From positions 1 to 39,225 of IMG/VR virus record IMGVR_UViG_2703718821_000012: a stretch of 39,225 bases of DNA; one strand, written 5' to 3'. The DNA comes from a virus. Its lineage: Duplodnaviria; Heunggongvirae; Uroviricota; Caudoviricetes. The notes under the pieces were generated by a model. It did no database searches. It saw only the letters and a list, made by a program, of their open reading frames with translations, and was not told where the DNA came from. The translations under genes and the position numbers were made by a program. This document shows positions 31,755 through 39,225 of the stretch, one piece after another. Each line of letters opens with the position of its first letter. Positions within the stretch are counted from its first letter, which is position 1.

Positions 31755-33751
31755 TGGCTAAAGCATGGAAAGATGTTATCGCCTCTCCACAGTATCAGGC
31801 GTTAGCACCAGAACAAAAAGCGCAGGCTCAGGAGCAATACTTCAATGAAGTCGTGGCCCCGCAAGCCGGAGAAAATGCAGAGCAGGCTAAGCAAGCTTTC
31901 TATGCTGCCTATCCATTGCCATCTGTGCAGCCAGTGGAGACACAACAACCAGAAGCACAGCAACAACCACAGCAAAGTGGATTTGTGTCTGATCTTGGTG
32001 AAGCCGTGAAAGAAACTGGTCGCGGACTGGTGCAGGCTGGCGTGAACGTGGCAAACATACCTGCATCAGTTGCCGATGCTGTAACAAGCGCGGCGGCTTG
32101 GGCTGGCGGTAAACTCGGAATTGGCGATGGGACATATCACCCAGCGCCACGAGTAACAACGCAGGGATTAGAGCAGGACTTTGGCCTTCAGCAAGGTGCG
32201 CTGACTCCACAAACGACAGAGGGAAGGGTATTTGCTGAAGCATTGCCTTACCTCACTCCTGCTGGCGTTGAGAGAGCGGCAGCACAGGCACCAACACTTG
32301 CTGGTCGAATTGCTCAGGGGGCAACTCGCCTTCTAGCAGAAAACGCAGTTGGATCACTTGCTGCAAATAGTGCGAAAGATGATGCGGAAGCACTCGCCAC
32401 CGATTTAGGCGTTGGTGTACTTGCTGGCGGTGCTATTAACGCTGCCGGACGTGGATTAGGTGCTGCTTATCGTGGTGTTCGTGGTTCTATCGCGCCAGAA
32501 GCACAGCAGGCTATCAGATTTGCAGAGCGTGAAGGCGTTCCTCTGCACACCACAGACCTGTTACAGCCTACTTCCCGCGTCGGGAAAATGGCGCAGACTA
32601 CAGCAGAAAATATCCCTCTGGCTGGCACAAGCGGAATGAGAGCAACGCAACAGGAAGCGAGAAGCCAGTTGGTGCAGAGATTTGCTGATAAATTCGGTGA
32701 GTATGATCCAGCGGTTGTTATTGACAGCCTTAAAGCGAAAACATCAGGAATTCGTCGTGCCGCAGGTAATCGACTGGAGCAGGTTCAGAATGCTATGGCT
32801 GGAGTAAACATTCAGCCTGCGCGAGCAATTCAGCAGATTGATACAGAAATATCTAATCTGCAGAAGCTTGGTAAGGTCGCCGATAACGAGACTATTTCAA
32901 AACTTCAGTCCTATCGTGATGAGCTTGTTCGCAATGCTGGTCCTGATGGTCCGGTAAATCTGGATTTGAAGCAATTAAGCGATCTGCGCAGCCAGTTCAG
33001 AATGGACGTGAAGGGGGAACGACCAGTGTTACCAAACCGTTCCGATGCTGCCATTCAGCGCGTTTACAAGGCGATGACAGACGATATCAATGGTGCCATT
33101 AATCAGAATCTTGGCAACGATACTCTCCGTAAATATCAGCAGGCCAATGCCGTATACGCTGACGAAGCGGCGAAACTAAAGAATACCAGGCTGAAGAATG
33201 TTCTCATGAAAGGCGACCTGACGCCGGAAGTTGTCAACAACATGCTATTCAGCAAGAACAAATCGGAAATTAAGACGCTGTATAACTCAGTTGGTCGTGT
33301 TGGCAGGGCGCAAATGCGCAATGGCATCATTGGAAAGGCGATGGAGAAATCTGGCGGATCCCCTGACCAGTTCCTTCGGCAGCTTAACATCCTGCAAAAC
33401 CAGACTGGCATCACATTTAAGGGGCAGGACGCTGCTTATCTGAAAGGATTGAAAAATTACCTTCAGTCCACTCAGCAGGCAGCAAAAGCGGCAGTAACAA
33501 CACCAACAGGGCAGCAAACCATCCCGTTCATTATCGGGTATGGGACGGCAATGAACCCGGCGACAACTGGCGCAGCAGTAAGCTACGGACTTCTTACTCG
33601 CGCCTATGAGAGCGAGCCATTCAGAAATGCAATGCTCCGAATGGCAAACACCCCACGAGGATCAACAGCGTTTGAGAAAGCCATGCAGCAGGCACAAAAG
33701 GCAATTAACGCTATGACGCAGGGGGCTAAGTCTGATGCATTGTCAGAATAG
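31754..33751 (+). CDS. Ejection protein (P22 gp16-like)
   Basis: 665 aa; last gene of the ejection protein trio; Ala/Gln-rich. Confidence 0.75.
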   Translation: MAKAWKDVIASPQYQALAPEQKAQAQEQYFNEVVAPQAGENAEQAKQAFYAAYPLPSVQPVETQQPEAQQQPQQSGFVSDLGEAVKETGRGLVQAGVNVANIPASVADAVTSAAAWAGGKLGIGDGTYHPAPRVTTQGLEQDFGLQQGALTPQTTEGRVFAEALPYLTPAGVERAAAQAPTLAGRIAQGATRLLAENAVGSLAANSAKDDAEALATDLGVGVLAGGAINAAGRGLGAAYRGVRGSIAPEAQQAIRFAEREGVPLHTTDLLQPTSRVGKMAQTTAENIPLAGTSGMRATQQEARSQLVQRFADKFGEYDPAVVIDSLKAKTSGIRRAAGNRLEQVQNAMAGVNIQPARAIQQIDTEISNLQKLGKVADNETISKLQSYRDELVRNAGPDGPVNLDLKQLSDLRSQFRMDVKGERPVLPNRSDAAIQRVYKAMTDDINGAINQNLGNDTLRKYQQANAVYADEAAKLKNTRLKNVLMKGDLTPEVVNNMLFSKNKSEIKTLYNSVGRVGRAQMRNGIIGKAMEKSGGSPDQFLRQLNILQNQTGITFKGQDAAYLKGLKNYLQSTQQAAKAAVTTPTGQQTIPFIIGYGTAMNPATTGAAVSYGLLTRAYESEPFRNAMLRMANTPRGSTAFEKAMQQAQKAINAMTQGAKSDALSE

Positions 33752-33841
33752 CTTTTCAAACACCAGGAACGTGCAAAAACCAAATATGTAGAACGCGAGG
33801 TTTATCGTATCCCTCTGCATAGGCGATACCTTTGCTGATTG

Positions 33842-34327
33842 TTATCTGATGTTACTGCTACTGTTGCATGTGACTGTATTTCCAAACCCTGAATTGCAGT
33901 TTGTGTAAGTGTCAACTCGTGTTGGATAGGGTTGAGTTATAACAGGCTGTCTCGCTTTTTGCTCGATCGCTTGCATTGTGTTTACAGCCTGATAATTCAA
34001 TAAAGCCTGCTGGAATGCTTGGCTTTGTGCTATTTGTTGTGCTTGTTCTTGGCTTTGTAATTGAACATAAAGATTCTGAAGCTCAAGTCTTGCCTGTGCG
34101 TCACTTATCTTGCCTTCATCGACACCTTGCCCGAGCATCTTTGCAGCAAGGACATACAGTTTAGGTGTTGGTGCTGATGCCATGCGTGAGTCGTTCTTCA
34201 CACTGGCATCAAGGCAATTAGCCATATCGCTAAGCTTTTGATAGCGTTGTTCGCAACTTGCTTGATAGTCACTTACTTTTGCGCATCCAACCAGCAGAAG
34301 CGGGATAATTAACAGTGATTTTTTCAT
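33842..34327 (-). CDS. Predicted outer-membrane lipoprotein (161 aa), candidate exclusion / lysogenic conversion factor
   Basis: MKKSLLIIPLLLVGC lipoprotein signal with lipobox LVGC, Ala at +2; AAGGAG upstream; Gln-rich coiled region; opposite strand to late operon, downstream of mnt. Confidence 0.6.
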   Translation of the reverse strand: MKKSLLIIPLLLVGCAKVSDYQASCEQRYQKLSDMANCLDASVKNDSRMASAPTPKLYVLAAKMLGQGVDEGKISDAQARLELQNLYVQLQSQEQAQQIAQSQAFQQALLNYQAVNTMQAIEQKARQPVITQPYPTRVDTYTNCNSGFGNTVTCNSSSNIR

Positions 34328-34397
34328 ATGGTTAACTCTCCTTAGTTTTTCACAGGATAGCATGAAGGCAATGCCATTTTAGCCGGAAACTAGATTT

Positions 34398-34664
34398 CTA
34401 TGTTTCCTTTTTATTATTGCTATACATGGTCTTAAGCGTTTCAAAAACCATTTTCTTAACCATATCAGATTGTTGTTCTGCCATACGCTCTGCATCGTCA
34501 ATGTAAACGGATGCAGAGCTTTGTTTAGCCAACGATTCTTCAATCGCTGCAATTATCTCTGAGTTCAGCGATCTGTTATTCATCTTCGCACGCTGCTTAA
34601 TTTTCGCGTGGAGTTCATGCGGAAGTCTCAAGTGAAACTGCGCCTCATCGTATTTGCTGTACAT
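34398..34664 (-). CDS. mnt: Mnt-like ribbon-helix-helix repressor
   Basis: 88 aa MYSKYDEAQFHLRLPHELHAKIKQRAKMNNRSLNSEIIAAIEESL...DDAERMAEQQSDMVKKMVFETLKTMY aligns with P22 Mnt (NDAERLADEQSELVKKMVFDTLKDLY); RBS GGTGAGG. Confidence 0.75.
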   Translation of the reverse strand: MYSKYDEAQFHLRLPHELHAKIKQRAKMNNRSLNSEIIAAIEESLAKQSSASVYIDDAERMAEQQSDMVKKMVFETLKTMYSNNKKET

Positions 34665-34737
34665 CCTTGATGCCTCACCAGTTGGGTGGAATGGCATCGT
34701 AACCTACTGGATAAATACTCAATAGTACCATTTCGGT

Positions 34738-34760
34738 ATGCAACCACATCATGGTTGCAT
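34738..34760. promoter_or_regulatory. Inverted repeat ATGCAACC-N7-GGTTGCAT, candidate Mnt operator
   Basis: Perfect 8-bp arms between divergent mnt and tailspike genes. Confidence 0.45.
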
Positions 34761-34785
34761 CATATCATTCGTCTGGAGCAATGAA

Positions 34786-36606
34786 ATGTCAGATATCACC
34801 GCAAATGTTGTGGTAAGCATGCCTTCGCAACTCTTCACTATGGCGCGTTCTTTTAAAGCCGTGGCTAATGGCAAAATTTATATCGGAAAAATTGACACTG
34901 ACCCGGTAAATCCTGAAAACCAGATTCAGGTCTATGTTGAGAACGAAGACGGTTCTCACGTTCCTGTTGCACAGCCAATCATCATTAACGCTGGCGGGTA
35001 TCCTGTATATAACGGACAGATTGCCAAGTTCGTAACTGTGCAAGGCCATTCTATGGCTGTTTATGATGCGTACGGTGTGCAGCAGTTCTATTTTCCGAAT
35101 GTGCTGAAGTATGACCCTGACCAACTTAGGCAGGATCTTGCAGGACCAGATGGATATTATCTTATCCCATCTCTTATACAGAAATGGAAAGATGATGGTG
35201 ATTTACGTGGTTGGGGAATAGGAGAAGATGCATTTAACGCAGCTATGACTGAGATATCAGAAAGTGGCGGCGGCGTTCTTCATGTGAATGAAGACATCAT
35301 TTTTAGTACAATTCCTATCATGCATAAGCCTGGGGTTACTGTTTACTGGAATAATCATCGTGCAATTGTTCCTGCCGGTTTGAGTTCAACATATGCGTAT
35401 ATAATGGATGGTGGTGCCGACACGCCTGTATACGATAATACCGATCATTTCACGCTAGCTAACAAGACGAATTGTTATAATCTGCATCTTGAGGCATCTG
35501 ACTATGCTGTCGGTGTGAATGCTATTGGTGTATGCGTTAGACATTGCTACGGATATACGTATGAAGGAGGGGCAATTATTGGTTTCAATAATGGTGGTTA
35601 TTACGATGAATTATGCTATGAAGGTAAAGTTAGTAAATTTACTATGGTTGTGTCCAACTCTAGAGCGGAACAATCAATAGGATTAAACAGTAATACTACG
35701 GATACTTGGTATTCGGAAATTTCCCCTGTTGGTTACGCATATGGCGGTAAAATGAATAGGAGTGGTAATAGCTTAGATAAGTTTCATTCTTGGGGGAATA
35801 CTATCGATGATCGTGTTGGCTTAATGGGTAAAATGCATGTGGGATTGTGGGTTACTGAAAACGGAGGCTTTTCTACCTACACCAATCTAATTTTGGACAC
35901 TCCAGTAAGAAGAGATTCTAGTTCAGGTCCATCTAGAACTAATGGTGGTGTAGGTTTGATAAATGATGCGTGGGATACCAGTTTTGACGGTGTAATCGTC
36001 TCATGCTCTAAGAATGATATGGTGGCAAAAAGCACCCTACCAGTAATAACCTCATCACAAGGTGTAACCTATAAAGATCTTTCAGTTAGTAATCCTGAAT
36101 ACGCAACTGACATATGGGTATCATTTGAAAATAATTCTGGAATAGCTTTAAATCATATTATTGGATATGGATATGCACAATTGATGCGTAATGGCGCTGG
36201 CATAAGCTCAACATCAGGAGCTGCTTTCGCTCCTGCAAATGGAGTTACCATTTCATTACAGACACTATCTTCTGGAATTTGGTATAACACATTAAACTTT
36301 TCCATCAAGACAACAATAACAGCCACATCATCTGCATCAAGCGATGTAATTGTTAATATTGCTCCTATGTATGGAGTGAGAAATGGATTTGGAGGGGCAG
36401 TTAAGGGAGGGCTAGATGCTTTCTTTTATGCAACCGCAAATACAGCAAAACAACTATATGATGTTTATGTTGAAGTAACCTCTGCTAACACCGCCAAGTT
36501 TTTATTAACATTCATTGACGGAACAACAAGATACGCCAGATGGACAGATGTATCTAACGGATCTGCAAGGGCTATTTCTGTATCATGTAATATAGATGTT
36601 AAATAA
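34786..36606 (+). CDS. Tailspike protein: P22-type head-binding N-domain with divergent receptor-binding domain
   Basis: 606 aa; N-terminus [71 protein letters not shown] matches P22 gp9 head-binding domain; remainder unrelated to P22 gp9 and AT-rich. Confidence 0.85.
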   Translation: MSDITANVVVSMPSQLFTMARSFKAVANGKIYIGKIDTDPVNPENQIQVYVENEDGSHVPVAQPIIINAGGYPVYNGQIAKFVTVQGHSMAVYDAYGVQQFYFPNVLKYDPDQLRQDLAGPDGYYLIPSLIQKWKDDGDLRGWGIGEDAFNAAMTEISESGGGVLHVNEDIIFSTIPIMHKPGVTVYWNNHRAIVPAGLSSTYAYIMDGGADTPVYDNTDHFTLANKTNCYNLHLEASDYAVGVNAIGVCVRHCYGYTYEGGAIIGFNNGGYYDELCYEGKVSKFTMVVSNSRAEQSIGLNSNTTDTWYSEISPVGYAYGGKMNRSGNSLDKFHSWGNTIDDRVGLMGKMHVGLWVTENGGFSTYTNLILDTPVRRDSSSGPSRTNGGVGLINDAWDTSFDGVIVSCSKNDMVAKSTLPVITSSQGVTYKDLSVSNPEYATDIWVSFENNSGIALNHIIGYGYAQLMRNGAGISSTSGAAFAPANGVTISLQTLSSGIWYNTLNFSIKTTITATSSASSDVIVNIAPMYGVRNGFGGAVKGGLDAFFYATANTAKQLYDVYVEVTSANTAKFLLTFIDGTTRYARWTDVSNGSARAISVSCNIDVK

Positions 36607-36610
36607 CAAT

Positions 36611-36639
36611 CTACAGCCACTATGTAAAAGTGGCTGTAG
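36611..36639. terminator. Hairpin between convergent tailspike and acyltransferase genes (bidirectional terminator candidate)
   Basis: 11-bp stem CTACAGCCACT / AGTGGCTGTAG with 7-nt loop. Confidence 0.55.
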
Positions 36640-36648
36640 GGACTGTGA

Positions 36649-37755
36649 CTACTTGTTAAACCTGCACTCTATGTGTTTATAAGTAAATGCAGATGCTAAG
36701 ATCGTTATTGAAAGACAAATCACAGAGTATATTATTAACTGAGTTGTGTTTGTTTCAGACAGATTAACAAACTTAGAGGCTATTCTGTAAAATACATGCA
36801 GCACTGGTTGATGCAGTAAGTAAATGCTATAGCTAATTTCCCCTAAGAAAGCGATAGACGGAATGCTTAATAACCTTGGTTTTAGCACAACGCAAGACGC
36901 AAACATAAGTGATATCATGATAAATCGATAAAAGCTATATTGTTTTACATCGAAATAGAATGACATATAAAACAAAAACGCAAAAACTATATATATAACT
37001 GCTCTAAGTGATGTTTTTTCTATGTTTATTTCTTTGATTTTTGCGCAAAGAGCCCCAGCTACAAAGTACGACCACAACACTTTATCTTCATAGAAATCGT
37101 TGATCAATACAAAGCACCCAAAAGCAATTACCATGTACTTGAATTTTTTAGTATAGAGAGCAGTCGCTAAGAATGGGATAGATGCATAAAACTTCCACTC
37201 ATATGGGAGTGTCCACAATACTATATTTAAAGTAGCATCTCTATGTGCGCCCCAGTATAGCTCAGTTCCAAAAAAACCAAACCCAAATATTTTAAGTAAT
37301 TGAGTGACAAATAAAGGAAGGTCTAATTTCCCTAACATCTGTGAAAAATATATTACAGATATTAAAGTAGCGGTAAATAGATATAATGGAACTAATCTCT
37401 TTATTCTTTTTGCGTAAAATGATGTAAAGTCTATTTTATTATTTGAAAGTATTTTTGAAGAGAACAGAAATCCAGTTATGCAAAAAAATATCTGAACACC
37501 CAAGGCACCAGATTGGCTGAAAAGATAAAAGTTAGAGTAATCAATATTCTTAGTTTTTATCAACATATCACCAATGGCGTAAGCAGAGTGGTTGATGAAA
37601 ACGGCGATACATGCAAAACCCCTGAGTCCTTCAATGTACTGAATTTTGCCCTGATCTGTAGACTTTCTAATGAAAATAGATGTTGCCATTATTGGTACAG
37701 CAAGCATGACCAAATAGATGCAAAAGAAAGACAATTGGTAGTTATAAAGCGGCAT
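36649..37755 (-). CDS. oac: Integral membrane acyltransferase, family 3 (O-antigen acetyltransferase-like)
   Basis: 368 aa; about 10 hydrophobic segments; motif YIEGLRGFACIAVFINHS near N-terminus typical of acyltransferase-3; strongly AT-rich; next to tailspike and attP. Confidence 0.75.
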   Translation of the reverse strand: MPLYNYQLSFFCIYLVMLAVPIMATSIFIRKSTDQGKIQYIEGLRGFACIAVFINHSAYAIGDMLIKTKNIDYSNFYLFSQSGALGVQIFFCITGFLFSSKILSNNKIDFTSFYAKRIKRLVPLYLFTATLISVIYFSQMLGKLDLPLFVTQLLKIFGFGFFGTELYWGAHRDATLNIVLWTLPYEWKFYASIPFLATALYTKKFKYMVIAFGCFVLINDFYEDKVLWSYFVAGALCAKIKEINIEKTSLRAVIYIVFAFLFYMSFYFDVKQYSFYRFIMISLMFASCVVLKPRLLSIPSIAFLGEISYSIYLLHQPVLHVFYRIASKFVNLSETNTTQLIIYSVICLSITILASAFTYKHIECRFNK

Positions 37756-38067
37756 TGAAATTCACCATGAAAATGATTACCAAAATAATGATATATGCTT
37801 GTTTTTACTGATAAGTACACATAACACCATCCACCAATATGGCAAGGCCCAACTAATCTCATAGCCGGGCCCTGTTTGTCAGTTAACCGTGACGAAAACA
37901 GACTTGGATAGTGTAGCACTTGAGAAGCTTCTGATCAGCCAATGAAATCATGTTTTATGCATGTGGTTCTCAGATGTACATCATTGACATTTATGATTGT
38001 TTTTCATTAACTGTAACGTGGTACACACAATGCTTTGCATCGGTTTGCAATGCTTTGTTCTGCTTCC
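37756..38067. other. Probable attP region (core not pinpointed)
   Basis: 312-bp AT-rich non-coding region just 3' of int; direct repeats CAATGCTTTG at 38028..38037 and 38048..38057 as possible arm-type sites. Confidence 0.45.
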
Positions 38068-39225
38068 CTATGACACCTTCTCATCAAGCCAATCCGCCCA
38101 CCACTGCATCATTTCTCTGCGCTTATCGAGATACTGCGCATGGTTGTAAATACCGCGCACAGATCCGCCGTTGGCATGTGCCAGCTGCACTTCAATAGCG
38201 TCAGCAGGCCATTCGTGCTCGTTCATAATCGTGCTGAATTCATGCCTGAATCCGTGACCGCTTTCCAGACCCTCATAGCCGATTTGTTTGATCACAAGCA
38301 ATACCGCGTTCTCGCAGATTGGCTTCTTCTTATCGTTGCGCCCGGCAAAAACAAACTCTGAGACTGGTTTGGTGATTGAGCTTAGCGTAGTGAGAAGTTC
38401 AACCACCTGGTCCGACATCGGGACCACATGAATCTTGCGTCCCTTCATCACACTGGCGTCGATGGTGATAATCCTGTTTTCAAAATCGACGTTCTTCCAT
38501 TGCATGGAACGAAGCTCTTTCGTTCTTAGGGCTGTGTAGCGTAAGACTTTGGTCGCAATGAGCGATACGATACTTCCTGAAAATGTTGCCAGTGCTTTGT
38601 TGAATGCCGGGATCTGGTCTGCTGGAAGAAACGGGAAGTTCTTCTTGCGGTATCCTTTCATGGCGTCTGCAAGGTCAGGTGCCGGGTTATATTTAGCCCT
38701 TCCGGTGACAATAGCGTAACGAAAAACCTCGCCGCATCTTCTGCGGGCTTTATTGGCTCGTTCCATTGCACAGCGATCTTCAAATCTGCGGATTACTTCC
38801 AGCAGTTGCATCGGCTCAATATCCTGAATCTCAAGACCGCCGATGATGGGCAAAATGTCGTCATCAAACATTTTGGCAAGTTCAGTCGCATAGCCTACTG
38901 ACCAGACTTGCTTCTTGTGCTCGTACCATTCCTTGTATATTGCACTAAAGGAATTGTTGTTAGACGAAGCCTTTTTCACTTTTACTGGATCGATGCCAAC
39001 CGAGATGTCTTTCCTCGCAGTCCATGCCTTATCCCTTGCTTCCTGCAAAGTCATAAGCGGATATTTTCCGACAGTCAGGATTTTCTCCTTACCGTCAATC
39101 TTGTAGCGAAGCTGCCATACCTTTTTCCCTGATACAGGGACATAAAGGTACAGGCCATTACCATCGAGTAGGCGGTATGGTTTTTCTTTCGGCTTTGCTG
39201 CTTCAATCTGCTTAACGGTGAGCAT
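38068..39225 (-). CDS. int: Tyrosine integrase, P4-like family
   Basis: 385 aa starting MLTVKQIEAAKPKEKPYRLLDGNGLYLYV (typical P4-type N-terminus); catalytic-region motifs HGFRHEFST and C-terminal Tyr; ATG is the last 3 nt of the window. Confidence 0.9.
   Translation of the reverse strand: MLTVKQIEAAKPKEKPYRLLDGNGLYLYVPVSGKKVWQLRYKIDGKEKILTVGKYPLMTLQEARDKAWTARKDISVGIDPVKVKKASSNNNSFSAIYKEWYEHKKQVWSVGYATELAKMFDDDILPIIGGLEIQDIEPMQLLEVIRRFEDRCAMERANKARRRCGEVFRYAIVTGRAKYNPAPDLADAMKGYRKKNFPFLPADQIPAFNKALATFSGSIVSLIATKVLRYTALRTKELRSMQWKNVDFENRIITIDASVMKGRKIHVVPMSDQVVELLTTLSSITKPVSEFVFAGRNDKKKPICENAVLLVIKQIGYEGLESGHGFRHEFSTIMNEHEWPADAIEVQLAHANGGSVRGIYNHAQYLDKRREMMQWWADWLDEKVS

Noticed and set aside
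34738-34785. Tailspike start at the ATG at 34738
   Set aside because: That ATG lies inside the ATGCAACC/GGTTGCAT inverted repeat and gives a non-homologous N-terminal extension; the P22-like head-binding domain begins at the ATG at 34786, which has GGAG upstream.

Overview
The window reads as a complete temperate phage genome (39,225 bp) of Enterobacteriaceae, a mosaic of a P22-like podovirus virion module with lambda/434-type early control and lysis modules. All protein names come from reading the translated ORFs against remembered reference sequences and from gene order; no database search was run. The two window ends appear contiguous in a circle: the xis stop codon (3..1, minus strand) directly abuts the integrase ATG (39225..39223). 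Leftward pL operon (1..7203, minus strand): xis, a train of small translationally coupled early genes, RecT recombinase, CIII-like, two AT-rich accessory genes, and N with nutL. Immunity region: 434-type cI and cro with three OR and three OL operators (ACAA-N6-TTGT), plus a signal-peptide protein translationally coupled to cI. Rightward operon: cII, O-like initiator with embedded iteron origin, DnaB-type helicase, nin region (NinB/E/X/F/G/H/I), Q-type antiterminator, lambda-like late leader, lambda S-R-Rz/Rz1 lysis cassette, Rha, then P22-like terS (with pac-like site), terL, portal, scaffold, coat, gp4, gp10, tail needle, gp14, ejection proteins gp7/gp20/gp16. The right end carries a divergent Mnt-like repressor and an outer-membrane lipoprotein (remnant immI), a chimeric tailspike, an AT-rich O-antigen acyltransferase, the probable attP region and a P4-type integrase. 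No rRNA, intact tRNA or CRISPR array was found. The best candidates for undescribed biology are single accessory genes (morons) in classic lysogen-expressed positions: the cI-coupled secreted protein, the N-proximal AT-rich pair, the Mnt-lipoprotein locus, and an inserted gene between coat and gp4. None shows a recognisable multi-gene defence system from sequence alone.
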